Below are positions 12,152 through 25,835 of a stretch of 64,000 nucleotides of DNA, one piece after another. The notes below the pieces were generated by a model, which saw only the letters and a list, made by a program, of their open reading frames with translations, was not told the DNA's origin and did not search any database. This stretch comes from Haplodiscus bocki (Eukaryota). Within the stretch, counting starts at the first letter, position 1. Every line of letters begins with the position of its first letter. A program made the position numbers and the translations under genes. Location of the stretch: positions 64,480,001-64,544,000 of the forward strand of contig OZ296652.1 of the NCBI GenBank assembly GCA_965655095.1. The letters are read 5' to 3'.

Positions 12152-15100
12152 CTGTCAATCAATTGTTCATGGTGACGATATGATCCTTTAGAGGTGAGAA
12201 GATTTTGAAGGCTTCTCCTCTGAACTTTCTACCCACCAAATTTCTCTTGGAATGTTTTCCAAGTTTGGTGAATAGCAAATTGAACGCAATGTAGAGTATA
12301 CGGAGGGTGGTTTTTACAAGATCAAAATACGAAACTAATCCACATTGGTGAAATAAACCCCTGAAGGTCCCGATTATAGAAGCATTGAAAACATGGATTG
12401 AACAACATTCCCAAGTCTTTTCGATTGAAAGCTTCTCAAAATGGATGGATAGACAGAAACAAAAAATAGTTCTTGTTTTCAAATCATTTCTTTATCGAAA
12501 ATGAAAATGAAACACGAAATTTGTTCCAACAAGATTGTTAAAAAATCGTTAAAATATGTTCCTTCATATGGTTTCATATACATTTATCTCTGCATTAAAG
12601 GCTGGATGAACCAAACTGAAGTTGATGAAAAACATTGTTTTGAACAAATCTGGAACGCTTAGGACGGCGCTGCTCTCAAGGCTCAAAATATGTAAGGTGG
12701 TATCATGAAAAGTTTGTTGCACAAAAGTATAAAAACGGGACATTTTCTCGAAAAAAAACCGGACTTGTTTAGTCTCAAACCCGTATCCAGGGCTTAAAAG
12801 CCTTTTGTTTTACCCTATAGACTACTTGGCTTATCTGTAGCAACGTTTGGTTCAAGGTCGAAGCATGAAATGTAATTAAACATTGGACACTTTAGCAGTG
12901 AAAAAAAGCGTTTCACTGTAACAGTTAGTTGGCTTTTTACTCTGGAAAATGCCCTAGAAAAAAGACCAAAACCGACATTTCGAGTCATTTTTTTCGAAAT
13001 AGCAAAACACACATTTGATAAGATTACTTTTAAAACTGGTTAGATTTTTGCAAAAGCTGAATTGGAGATTAGGAGATCAGACTTTGCTCAAAAACTTTCA
13101 TTGTTATTACATAAGGTTTAAAAGTCAATTTAAAGTGGACAGTAACTACTCCTAAAAAAAATTTCAAGTTTCTACCTTGATTAAGATAGTGTGAAAGAAA
13201 ACGTCAATTCCTTCAAAGAACATTGAATGGTTTTTAAAACAATCTCAGAAGCAACAGAGCGAAATTTGTTCAAGAAGTAGCAAAGAGTTGCAAAAAAATA
13301 GTAGAAAATACTCAAAAAGTAAAGCTCCGGATGAACTATTTCCATTAATTCTATTTTTGAAGATTAAAAAGTAGCGCTCTAGTGGTATTCTTCGCAGCAT
13401 ATCTTCAAGGCCTGCCGGTAGCTATTTTTTTTTGAAAAGCTCAGAAAAGAAGATGAACAATCACCCTGACGCAAAAACAAAAGTTTTTCATTTGTGTTCA
13501 AAAATCCACCTTTGTCCTTCAACAGAAGCAGTTTAATATTATTAACAAGCTTCAATCAACTGATTGTTCGATATGACAATTTAGTATGTACACAGATTCA
13601 AAGTGTGAATATTTGATCCGTATGCGTTCCGTCGTTATAAGTCTGGTGACGTCGTTTGTTCACTAGTGCTTATTGATTCTAATTCTGCAGAAAAATACGG
13701 ATGGCTAATTGTACCAGTCCTTTTATACTGATTCAGCGAAACAATGCTGGCATTCAACTGATACGCTACATATATTTCGGAGTAACACTCAAAATCATGT
13801 TGATGTTTGATTATTAACAGTGAAATATCCTAATTTGCACCTTGTATTTCAATGTAGAGTTTTAAAATTGGTCGTCAATAAACTGTATTTTTCATTGGTT
13901 CTGTTTTTTTAACGAAAGAAAATCTTTAGCATTCTCCACTTATATTAATAAAACGGAAGTAAAAATCATCCACTCAAGGCAGACTTTTTTTTACTTGCCA
14001 ATTCAAAATTTCAAGCACCGAGTGTCCGATTCTGGAATTCAAAAATTTTTTATCACTAAAGTATACCAAGTTTACTGAATAATGCGTTTAAGATAGTAGT
14101 TTTCTCAAAAATTAACGAATTTTGGGTTTTTTGTGATGATAGAAACATTTTTTCTAAAGAAAGGTGACAAATTTGCAGTAAAATGCGAATCAAATGATAT
14201 TATTCCTCGAAAACGTTTTTTTCCACCTTAATTGTTGAGTGCATTGCGAAGAAATCAGAATGCTTTGATGTGGAAAAAACGCTCTCATTTTTTAGAACGC
14301 ATTTTCAGCAAGACTGGAGGGCGGCAAACTTCCAGTGGTAGCCGGCCGTCTTGTTTCAAATCAATCAATTCCTGCTGCGTCATCGCAGGAATATTGATTT
14401 TAATTTCTTTATACGACAAAACATGTCCGTGTATATTCTGTCTAAAATTGGGAATGACGGGACATATGAAAAAATAATTAGATAGAAAAATGGTAATATA
14501 CTTCTTGAGACGGGAAATTTCTTTGATGGTGTTTACTTACAGTATATTTCCCTACTTTTAATTCAAAATTGCATGTATACATACAACTTTGTTTTGCCAA
14601 CAGAAAACTATGAAAAAAGATTGATGAATACTGAAAAAGTATTTGACTTTTTCTTGGTTTGTACAACTTGTTCTGTATTGAGTACGTGTTTTTGAAATTT
14701 TCATTCTATAAAACATCAAATAGTTTCTAGTATGGAAATTTCACAAAAATGACAACACTAAGATTCAAGAAAAAAACAGCTGTTCTCAGCAGAGAAACTT
14801 CAGAAGACCAACCTCGTTTCCAAAAAATTCTCGTAATACAGAGGAGCCGACAATGTATGAGGTGTGTATTACATTACCGTAGTGTCTGAAAAATTTGAAG
14901 GTCTAGTTACAAAGAAAATCTCTCAAGAAGTCAGTGGAAATGAACACTTTTTGTTGGGTGCGCTGTAGAAGTTAGATGAAATTCTTCCGAATTCACAAGT
15001 ACAAGTTCAGACTGGGAGTCTTGCAAGAAGATCCCGGCTTGGACTGGCAAAAAAAAACAGGATTTTTCTGATGATCAAGCCCAAATGACCCTTATTCTGA

Positions 15101-15489
15101 AATGAGTGACTCAGAAAACAACAATAGAATGCCAAATATCTCCCTTTCTAACCCCGAGGATAGCTTATTCTGAACTAAAGCATCAGCGTCTGAGATTTTC
15201 AACTGTAGCATTCATTTTAGGATGAAAATCGTTCTGGAAACGGTCTTCGTTACGTTCATGGTTTTCCCTGTCAGTTTTGTGGAAAATTGAAAAACAGTTG
15301 CTAAAATTTTTCATAGGTTTTTCAAATGAGCTTTCTATATTGTTGAAAACTCGCAAAAACTGTTATTCAAGATTTGCAAACTTTTCAAATGTGATAAACG
15401 TTTACACAGTGATGAAATAAACCCAAAAAGATCACCTACTAATCTGAAAACGGAAAAAAAGAAAGACAAAAAAGCATGATTAAACTCAC

Positions 15490-15761
15490 AGTGTGAATGC
15501 TTCATTGCAACTGTTTTCTATTTGCTCGAACTGCTTCCGTTTGCTTTTGATCGAATTTTCTAATTCCTCCAGCTCATTTCGACTTTGGTTTTTCTTCTCT
15601 GTCAATTTTTTTATTTCACTCTTCAACAGTTCCATAGTTGAGTTCGTTTCTGATAAGTCACGTGCAGCTTTTTCTAAATCTAGGGCCAGAGTTTGACTCT
15701 GTTTCTGGTACTGGTTCCATTTGGCATCAGCGTCGTCGATATCTTTGAACTTAATGCACAA
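15490..15761 (-). CDS. CNTRL: Centriolin-like coiled-coil gene, visible exon 4
   Basis: tttcag|TTG TGC ... ACA CT|gtgagt. Heptad-rich coiled coil, phases 0/2. Confidence 0.7.
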
Positions 15762-16216
15762 CTGAAACGGCCACGAATTTTCCGCTCAATTCTTTTTTAG
15801 AAACTGTTTGTAAACAATTTTATTTTTCCTCAAACATCTGTTTAGTTAGTGCAATAGAAGTAGAAACTTTGCTCACTCTTCTAAGATCATTCAAATGTGG
15901 CTGCTGATTTTTCGGCAACGATTGTTTTTCACTACGTTCACTACAAGTTAGGAAAATAATCTCTACCTCAATTGTACAATATAATGATATTGATTTAGAA
16001 ACTCACGCAATACTTAATGCTGAAATGAAACTTTTTCAAGGGCTGGGCTCGAGGAAATGCTCCTTGGATGTTCATCAACACGTCTGTAGCTTTAGTGAAA
16101 AGCTATAAGTGAAAAGTTCAGTTACTTTATTTTCAGGTTTTCACCAAGAAGCAGCTGTTCTGTGACATTGCTGACAAAAACTTTAATTTGGACTTTGAAT
16201 GTCTCTTAAGACGAAC

Positions 16217-16415
16217 CTGATCATCGAGCGATTTTGATTTTTCTTCGCATTGCATGATGAGGTTCTGAAAGTGTTCATATTTGGTATCCATTTCAGTAAG
16301 TTTCTCTTCCATCTGCGAGGCTTCAGCAGCCAGTGATTCAGCAGATTGAGCTCTTTCCACCAACTCTCTTATATCTTCCAGTCCACATGCGCCATCCAAA
16401 AACTTGTCAATTGTT
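16217..16415 (-). CDS. CNTRL: Centriolin-like coiled-coil gene, visible exon 3
   Basis: tttag|A ACA ATT ... GAT CAG|gttcgt. Coiled coil, phases 2/0. Confidence 0.65.
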
Positions 16416-16547
16416 CTAAACATTTGAAGACATGCATTGCTTCACATTTCGCTGAGTCAAAAGGTGAGAAACACCTTTTACACTTTATGAATAACATTGT
16501 TGTTTAAAATAGACTTGCATTGAATAGACTTGTGCAAGTCTTATCAC

Positions 16548-18950
16548 CTGCAAAAGATACATAAAATTTCCAGATACTCTTTCCTAGCTTTGAATCTGGC
16601 CTCAAAAATTTGATACTTACTATTTCTTTTGAAAAATGCTCACTCAAAAAGTTCATGCTTATAAATGGAAATGAAATCAGTAGTAACGGGAGGGAAAATG
16701 GATTTTAGTGCTATAATTTCAAATATAACCAAAAAACAATTTACAGAGCAAGCTTCAAATGTAAATTTCGTAAGTTTCCGGTATAATAGACGAAATCCAC
16801 TCACTGTTGCTGTTGAGAAGGTAAAATACACCTCTTCCAAAATAAGTATCATACAACGCAATTTAATTGCACGCTGTCGGACATGAAACATTTTCAACAG
16901 CCAATAGAAATGCGGAAATTTTCATCGTCTGATAATCTCAAATCAGTTGTTTCAAATCACAATTCAAGTGTACAGGGGAGATTAATGATACATTGGATGG
17001 TACTGGGCGTTAACAACCCAATCTCACGCAGCCTATCGGTAATGCCCCAGATCATATAAAACAGCGATGAAATTAAACACATTACGCCACAATTCTCAAA
17101 CTCGAGTATCACCGAGACCATACGTCTTTCCAAAAGTGTCCGTACTAAAAGTTTCGTATAACTTCATCTAGTTTACCATTGTTTCTATTTGAAACGTGTA
17201 CGGTTAAAATTGTAGAAGTTACGATTAGCTTTTTTGGGACAATTTTGGCTCAACTTGATTGTTTTTTTTGGTGAGTTTGAAAAATGATCTCCAGCTAATT
17301 TTAGGTTTTGAAAATTGCCATACCGATGCTATCGATTTGTTCCGAATGAAAAACTATGTAGAAATAGTAAAAATATTGAACTCTCAAAAGAACGGTTTTT
17401 CAATTTACCTGCATGATGATAAAATTTTGACATTTGCAAATTTAACTTTCCGTTTTGTAAAAAAGGCTGTAAATAACTATATCAAAATGTACAAGTGACT
17501 TCAGGAGATTAGAAGCAGTCTTTTGGGAAGACACTTTTGGCGAACCGTATACCATAAAACACTCTAGTTTATGAAAAGCAGCAAATCAAAGGAAATATTC
17601 TCAAGTCGACCAATAATTTTTGAGTTTTTATCCCAATTAGCTAATGAGATTTCTAAAAAGAGGTCTGTTTCGAGTGCTTCGATATGTTTGTTTTTATCAT
17701 TACTGCATACAACAAATTGTCACCTGCAATTAGAAAAGAATGTTACAGACAGCTTTTATAAGCTGAAAGCTGTCTGTATACAGTAGTTAATAAAACAAGC
17801 ACATCGAAGCACTCAGAAGCGACGTAATTTGGAAAATCTCATGGACTAGTTAAGGTAAATACACAAATAATATTGGTCCATTTGAAGCTATATCTACTGT
17901 CTTTGCTCTTTATTCTAAATTAGAGTGTTTAATGAAATACTGTTAGTCAAACTTTTTGACTCTCTTGAAGCCACTGGTTCCTTTTGATACCAAAGTTCTG
18001 TACAGATTTTTTAAAATGTTTTTTTTTCGATTTTGCAAACTTCAAAATCTTGTCCTATTACATGTAATTACATGTAATTTCAAAAATCGTAATTTTCGAA
18101 ACCCATTTCCCACAAATTTAATTTAGGTTTTCGATTCAGCAGAAATCAGTGGCTTCATATGATCGGAGAATTTTTGTTGGTAACAAAGTTTACCGGAGAG
18201 CCTTTTTCGAGTGGATCAAAAATTGAAAAAAAACAACCAAGTTGAGTCAACATTGTCCAAACACAACTATTCTTAACTTTTGCAATATTGGCCGTAGCAA
18301 TTTCAAATAACAACAATTGTAAGCCAGATAAAATTCTCAGTAGCTTTTACTAAGGACTTTTTTGGAAAATTTTGACAATTTTGGTGATATTCGACTGACA
18401 GTTTTGTGGGATGATGCAATTGTTTTTATTACTAACGTAATGATTTGGATTAAATGATCTCCTGAGCAAAAATTGGCGTGAAGCCAAAATCTTAAAACTG
18501 AAAGTTTTCCATGAAAGTAGCATGAACACAGTTTCTGAGTTTTTTCATGAGATTACAAAAATTTCGCTCGAATGAAAATCAGATGAAAATTCAAAGAGTT
18601 TGAAACCCTCATTTTTAGGCATTTTTCACAATTTTTCACTTCGTTTATTTTTAGTGGTTGAATTAAATTGTTTTCAGGATTTCTTTGTTAATCAGGTCCA
18701 CCATCAATCATCCGAGGGCATGGTATTGAAATTTTCTCGAAATAAATTCCCGTTTAAGAAAATTCACGTTTTTCAGGTGCCCAAAATGCCATTTATATAA
18801 ATTAAGATAGGGTATAGCGATTTCATTTCTCTCTACAGTCGTGAACTTTTGAAGGAATGATTTTTCAAGAAATCGTAAAAATCAAATGTTTTAGGCCAGA
18901 TTCAAAACTAAAACTTTGTATATGAAAGTTTTTCTGTATCTTTTGTAGGT
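16548..18950. mobile_element. ~2.4-kb fold-back (imperfect palindromic) element inside an intron
   Basis: cctgcaaaagatac...gaatctggcct at 16548 mirrors aggccagattc...gtatcttttgtagg ending at 18950. ~17230 mirrors ~18240 and ~17660 mirrors ~17810. Central hairpin tacagacagcttt/aaagctgtctgta at ~17743-17780. Confidence 0.7.
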
Positions 18951-19466
18951 TGTAAAGTTTTTGAAGAAAATATCAAATTTGGCCGAAGTGCCCAAAATCA
19001 AGTTGGTCATAACTTTTCAACAAATGGTCTAATTTCAAAATAAAAAACACCAATAAAATTTTATGAAAAAGCCAAGAAACGATTGCTCTCGATGTTTTCT
19101 CGTAAAATTGATGAGCTTGGAGAATTTGGGCGCCAAAAGCGCTCATGTTTTGCTCAGGAGTTCACCTAATTAGAATCAGCAGTGAAATACTTTCCAAGCG
19201 CATAAATGTTCCTCCGGTAACGCTTATTGACAGACTTGACTGTCTAAGGAGATAACCAATATATTTACTCATAGTGGTACGCCATTGCAAATCAGCGATC
19301 ATCTTTGATGATTCATTAGATCTCCACCGATTACAATAAAATTTTGAATTTGGAAGACTTTTAATTGTGTATTGCTTAAAAATTTATCTTTTTGTCGCAT
19401 GTTTCTAAATCGAAAGAGATGCGAATAGCAAAGCTGACCGTTCATTGCTAGCGTTGAATAACAAAC

Positions 19467-19693
19467 CTTTCACTGACTGATGAGCACTGTCCTAGAGCAG
19501 CTTTCAAAGACAAAACTCTGGCTTTGAACACATCCATTGATACGCTAGAGCTGTCAATTGACGAGTTAAGGTTCGGAAAGCGAGTGGAGGTTGCGTCACC
19601 GCTGTTGAGTTTCAGAATAGTTGACTCCAGTTGTTTAATCCTCTCTTCTTTGTGAGTTAATTCTTTCCTCAAACTAATTACTTCCAGAGGATT
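19467..19693 (-). CDS. CNTRL: Centriolin-like coiled-coil gene, visible exon 2
   Basis: tttcag|AAT CCT ... GAA AG|gtttgt, encoding NPLEVISLRKELTHKEERIKQLES. Phases 0/2. Confidence 0.65.
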
Positions 19694-20032
19694 CTGAAAT
19701 TGCAAAGTTGTACAATGTCTTGACCGCAATTGAAATATCAACTTGGGGTGTCAAAAAGAATGAATTTGTAAATTCTGATCAACGGAATCATTACATTTTT
19801 GTTATTTCTTCAAAATGGAAGCGGTATTAATTCACGGTATCAATTTTTGTTCCGTTGGGTTTTGTACTGGCTCATTACAAATTAATCGCGGAGGAGGAGG
19901 AGGAAAAAAAACCATGATCTAAACCAAACTTATGCCATGGCTTCCTTGATTGTCGTCGGAATCTTAAAAATATTTAATATCTTTAATTAGGATATTTTTA
20001 ACTTCAAATAATTAATTACGCTTTTATTTTAC

Positions 20033-20737
20033 CTCAGCGAATTGAAACTGGTACAATTTCTGTTGCAGATTTGTAAGTTGATCTTCAAGGTTGTGATGAT
20101 GAGTGACATTGCAGAAGTACTCTTGTTTCATCTGTCCCTGACCAGAACTGACCCACTTTGGCATGGTTTTACTGGACATGTAACCTTGAAGATGGTGAAG
20201 AGGTTGCTGGTTTGTACTCGAACTAATCGGCACTTGCCGGGAATTGAACCTGAAAAGTCTTCCGACATTCTCAAAAGTGGCCGGTGCATCCATGTCAGTC
20301 TCTGACTCAGTGAAATCTTCGGAAAAACTGTCTGTTGTTCTCTCTTTACTCGACTGTGATATTTTTTGGGAACTTTTAAAAGTACAAGCTTCTGATTGGT
20401 TGGGATCTTGGTTTCCATTCGAGGTCACATTTTCCATAGGGTGACCTCTCGAATTTGATTCTGGGTGATACAATTTAGACTGATTGGGGTTCTTAGGTGA
20501 AATGGGATTTGAGGATGCTGGTGTTTCAAATTGTAGAGTATGGTCTGATTCTGAAGAACTGAGAGATTTTGGGCTCCCACGGTTAAAATCTGGATTCAAA
20601 TTATTATTATTTTCTGACAGCTTTTCACATGACAATGCTGCAGGTTTATCATGGTCTCGATTCACATGTCTTGTGTTGGTGCTTCTAACTGGTGCTGGAA
20701 TTTTACTCCGACTTTCGTTGCAATTCAAAGCCGCCAT
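20033..20737 (-). CDS. CNTRL: Centriolin-like coiled-coil gene, visible exon 1 (5' boundary uncertain)
   Basis: 237-aa ORF with donor GAG|gtaaaa at 20033. Contains YFCNVTHHHNLEDQLTNLQ, which resembles the centriolin motif CNVPEHHNLENEV as I recall it. The six exons join in compatible phases. The gene symbol rests on this one motif plus the coiled coils. Confidence 0.6.
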
Positions 20738-23700
20738 TAATGACTTAGATGCTTGTATACATAATCGATTAATATAGGCAAAATATTACGCTTAATCAGT
20801 CAGTAGGTTCGTAATTTTTGAAACAAGCAAAAAATTCATGTTCTCTGACTGTTTTTGCAACGTCGCATTTATAGTGTTGGTGGTAAATGCATGTAATTAC
20901 ACGCTGCTAGAGCTCTTGCAAGTTAAACTGAAACAATCAGAGAAAAAGCGCTTGGTTATTTGGCAGAAGTCAAATTGGTATTGATTTCAGTGTGAAATTA
21001 CAAGCACAACGGGGTATACTTACAGGAAGACAAACATGTACAGTACACGCTTTCTTGTTATCTACATGTCAAGACAAATTAAAGAAGTGATGTTGCAGAA
21101 TACACAAATTGATTTGAAGAAATAAAGTAATTAGTGAATTAAGTAGACTTCAAAGCTAAGGTACCATCTTCCGTTTTCTGCAGCGGATCAATCAAATAAG
21201 TGAAGGTAGCTCTGCAAGCACATATTCGTAAATTCATATATCATTTCCAATAAAAAGTAACACAATTTTAAACAGTTCCGCCACAGTCAACAGTTTGAGC
21301 ACAGCAGTGTCATGTCGATTTGGAGAATGAAGTACAAGTTGCTAAAGAATAAGTGGGTCTTTTTGTGTGTTTTAACTACGTCATTAGTGTTGGGTTTTAA
21401 TCACTGGAAAAAGAGTTGGAAATACAATGACATACAAATTGACCCTCCTTACAGACCCAGCAGAAATGGCCAGCGGATGAGCAAAGGAAGTTAGTGTTTC
21501 GTTTTCCAGTTGTGTAAAAAATTGGCCTCCAGAAATCTTGACTATGAAAAAAAGTATCTAAAAGGGCAATAGTTATTTCCAATTGTTCTCCGTGAACTTT
21601 TTCGGCTCATCTGTTCTAGTTCCGAAAAATCCTATTCAAAAGCTAAATATGTAATCAACCGAAACATGTCGAAATTTAAAAAAAAATTCATCGAAAGCCG
21701 AGCTTGAGTGAGAGATCCCCAGTGAACATAGAGAGGCGCTATTATAGAATTTATTTTTCTATACAAAATATCTAATTAACACCTACCTTTGATCATGCCA
21801 TTGTCATACTCCCATGATAGAACTTTGAAAAAACATATCATCAAAAACCAAGATCACGTCTATCTATGTTTGAAGTCTTGTAACTAATATTAAGACAGAG
21901 GCGAAGCGGAGCTTCAGAGAACTGGCAACAGGATAGGACCTACGATTGAAGCTGTTTCCAACTTTAATAGTTCGCTAGTGTTTAAGAGAATCATTTTCAA
22001 TAGCAACATCGTTCAAAAATTCTATTTCGAAATTGAAAGATATTTTGCGCGGAAGGAGTAAAAATGTACAATCCTAGCATTCATCAAGTTTTCTCTCCAA
22101 CGAGTAGTTGAATAACCACTGCATGCTTGCATTGCAATCTATATTTTCTAAGAAAATCGCTTCGGAGCAAGCATTATAGCAAATGTCTGAGTTTTGAAGT
22201 TTTAATTGGTATAAACTGCGATAGTGTAAGAACAATCCCTGGAATTCAGCAAATGTTCTGATCTGCGGGTAGTCGAATCACATTACTTCCTGGCAATTCG
22301 GTCAACAGTAATCAAGAAATTAGTATTGAAAATGTCCTATTCCTAAAAAAGTTTTTTAAATTGGACTTTTAGTCTCAAATATTACCCAATACTGTATGAA
22401 AACGAAAACCCCAGTCATTCAGCAGGTTCTTCCTGCACATAGTACATTAAGCAATGTGAATGCAAGTTGATCCGCAAAAATACCAAAAGAAATTGCTTCT
22501 GAAAAAAGTCGTCTCGTGAATTACCGAAAAGCAACCAAAAAACCCAAAAGAAGCGAACCCCTCAAACAGTGAAAAAAGCAACGAAAATTCAACCGACCAG
22601 ATTACTACGATCTGCTCCGCTGCTCTAACTCGAGTCTAAAGTATATCTGCAAGTCACCCAGAGACCTACAAAACTTTTGCTGCTAGTCCATTTGCTACCA
22701 TGGTAATAACTTTTACGTAAATTGCTAATACATCATTAGCTACTAGGTACAAAATGCTTCTCCATTATTATTGCTACGACATTTAAAATATTACTTACCT
22801 TTTCAAAAACTTATGCAGGTCAAACACGATCACAAATATTCTGCACAAGTGTGTACTTTGACTGATAGCGTTTCTTTATTTTGGACAAAAGGCACAGGCT
22901 TCAAAAACAGAAAATTAAACAACAATAATTACCAGTCCACAATTCTTCAATCTTTATTCAACTTTCTATACGTATATAGAATGACAATTTTATTTCCAAC
23001 ATTTGCGTAACTCGATTGACAGCAGTTGTTTGTTTCTGGCTTGTGGTGTATGCCTCTAAAAAAACAACACCAAACTGCAGTAAACAATTTTTCAACTTTC
23101 ACCCAAAACTGTTACCGATCTTTCCATTAAACAGTTTAAAACAATGCAGAGTCGCAACAAAAAAAATAAAACACTTTTAAATGGGCGTTTGCGGTAAAAC
23201 GGTAACGTTTGTGCCTGTTAACTTTATGAAACGTATTCAAATTTTCCACTAACAGTTTTTCCAGAAAACTTCCTATATTTACTTCCATGTTGACACAAAT
23301 TCCAACTTACATCGGTGTGAAAAAAACAACTTTGGTCTTGCGAAGGTAAAAAACAAAAAACCGAATTGAAAACCCCCTAATCCAGGATTCAAATTTCTGT
23401 CACTTAATTCGCAGTAGTTTTCAGAAAACTGTTTTGAAAGAAAAAGAACAGACCAAACTAAGACATTATAACTGGGGTGACGAATTGTATTGGTATCAAT
23501 ATTATCAGAGCGTATGAAAAACCTTCATTCATTGGAGTTGAGTAATGGTCAATTAGGATGGAATGATTTTTTTGTGTTCTTCATAGGAAATTCTTAGGAT
23601 TTGAACTCGGAAATTCAGCTGCTGATATTCTTTGCGTGGCTACTTTTTGTGACCACTCACAGCTTGTGGGGTTTTCAACTACAAAAATGATTGACAAAGA

Positions 23701-24565
23701 AGAACTTAACAAGCAGAATTCGTTCAATTAAGAATTTTGTGAAAACACATTCACTGAAACCTTGTCGGAGCCCATCTTACTTCGATCAGGACTTGAATTG
23801 TGTAAAAACTGCAGAATGGCTTGGGAAGAATCAATGTAGGTTTTTTATTTTTTGTTTGCTACGAGTGCACAAGTCCAGGGCGGCCTGTAACTGAGATCTC
23901 TAAGATGAATTGTGTACATTTGGTAAAACACGTCCCGGAATTGCTCGAACGTTCCATTGCCAAGCCACAAGTTCTTTGTTATTTCAAGTAGAAGAAACAT
24001 CTCTGTCCAGGCGAACTTGATATTTTTTTTTGGCTTCCTTTTTTCTGTCTTGAAAGATCTTGAGCTTTTGGGAAATTGCAAAATCAAATCCTGGGAGTGT
24101 ATGTCAAAACGTTCCTTGAAAGTTTTTCTGTCTAGCGATTGAGTTCACAAAGTATCCTGTGGTGGCGAAGTCATTTGTGCTGATACGTCAGCTTTGTTTT
24201 CTGAGAAAAATGACGGAGTTCTCTCGTACTTGGTTGAATGTTGTTAGTGTTTCTTTTCAATCTCGTCATCGCTTATATTCATTCGGTTGCCATTGGTTTA
24301 AAGTTGCAGTTATGCATCTTTACCGTATTTGCAGATTCACAGCGCGACATTGCTATCAAACTTTAAAACTTAACTAGTAGGTAATGATTCGTAACCCATT
24401 GCATTTCAGTTTTCGTTTTTTGAGGTTTTCATTTTTAAAACTTTACTTCAGGACCGTTAGACCTCCCTGGTTCGGAGATTCGAATTAAATGTTCAAAGAG
24501 AAAAGACAGTTAAGAAATGAATGATGATAAAATGGTATCTTTCAGTACAAATAAAAACATTTAGT

Positions 24566-24765
24566 NNNNNNNNNNNNNNNNNNNNNNNNNNNNNNNNNNN
24601 NNNNNNNNNNNNNNNNNNNNNNNNNNNNNNNNNNNNNNNNNNNNNNNNNNNNNNNNNNNNNNNNNNNNNNNNNNNNNNNNNNNNNNNNNNNNNNNNNNNN
24701 NNNNNNNNNNNNNNNNNNNNNNNNNNNNNNNNNNNNNNNNNNNNNNNNNNNNNNNNNNNNNNNNN
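24566..24765. other. Assembly gap (200 N)
   Basis: Run of N. ORFs spanning it are artefacts. Confidence 1.
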
Positions 24766-25464
24766 TGAAGAGAAGATCCCAGTTGATTTTATAAATGTAT
24801 ATTAGGTTAAATATAATTTTCAGGTTGAGTAAAACTGAGACTCGCACTTTGACTCCATTTCCTGCATTCAGCCGAATTTTCAGAATGCATTAGTTGATTT
24901 TGGCCAATATTCACAACAAAAATGAAACGGAACATGTAAACTAGAGGAAGTATGTTCCTCTTGAACAATTTATACGCCATTTCAGGCGCCATTTTCTGAA
25001 GTTTACTTTTTGGAGGAGTTTGATGGAAATTGGAGCAAACCAAACAATAGCTTTTCAGAACGTTCTACGTGTTCGGTTTCTTGTATCAGTAATTTGAGTC
25101 AGCTCTTGAACGCAAGAAGATGTGACTGAAACGTCAATAGCAAGTTTGGGAATAAAAACTTGGAGAATCCAGTTTTTTGTTGGATCTAGGTTTCTGGCTC
25201 TCAGTGAAGGAATCATGGAAAAGACTTTTCCAACGCAAAATCGATTCAATTGTATACCTGGAAAAGATTGAAAAAGTGCCACATTTTGACGGAGGATGTT
25301 TGGACCATTGTTTTCATTTCAAGATGTTTGATTTTGGCTTCCTATTTATTTCAAGTTATTTTTGCTTCATTCTTTATTCGTCAGGTTACATTGAGGCTCC
25401 GATAAAAGCACACGCAAGTGTAGCCCCGTTCTGCAGTTTTCAAGGATATTTGCTTATTAGATAT

Positions 25465-25835
25465 CAATAGACCTTGTATTACTTTGATGCAAGACTTTCT
25501 TGTTTCTCTTGCCAAGATCTTGATTATTGCTGGTTTTGTTGCCAAAAACTTTCTTTGATTTTTCCTTGATCTTGAAGAATCTTGCAAAATCTTGCAAACC
25601 TTGCCAAGATCCTGGCAAGAAGTTCAATGTTTTTTGTTCTCTTGTCAAGATCTTGGATATATTTGGTTTTCTTGCCGAGAAGTTCAAGTTTTTTTGGAAT
25701 CCTTTCCATGATCTTGGAAAATTTTGCAAAATCTTGGGAACTTTGCCGAGAATATTTGTCAAGATCTGGCAAAAAATGTCAAATATCCAAGAGATTTCTT
25801 AGCAAGAAAACGAAGGCGCCAAGCACTGGGTTCTT
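25465..25835. repeat. Low-complexity repeat built from tcttg...caaga / cttgccaagat units
   Basis: Many short self-complementary 'tcttg' and 'caaga' units, giving overlapping stop-poor spurious ORFs. Confidence 0.6.

Noticed and set aside
24521-24847. ORFs containing X runs
   Set aside because: Artefacts of the 200-N gap.
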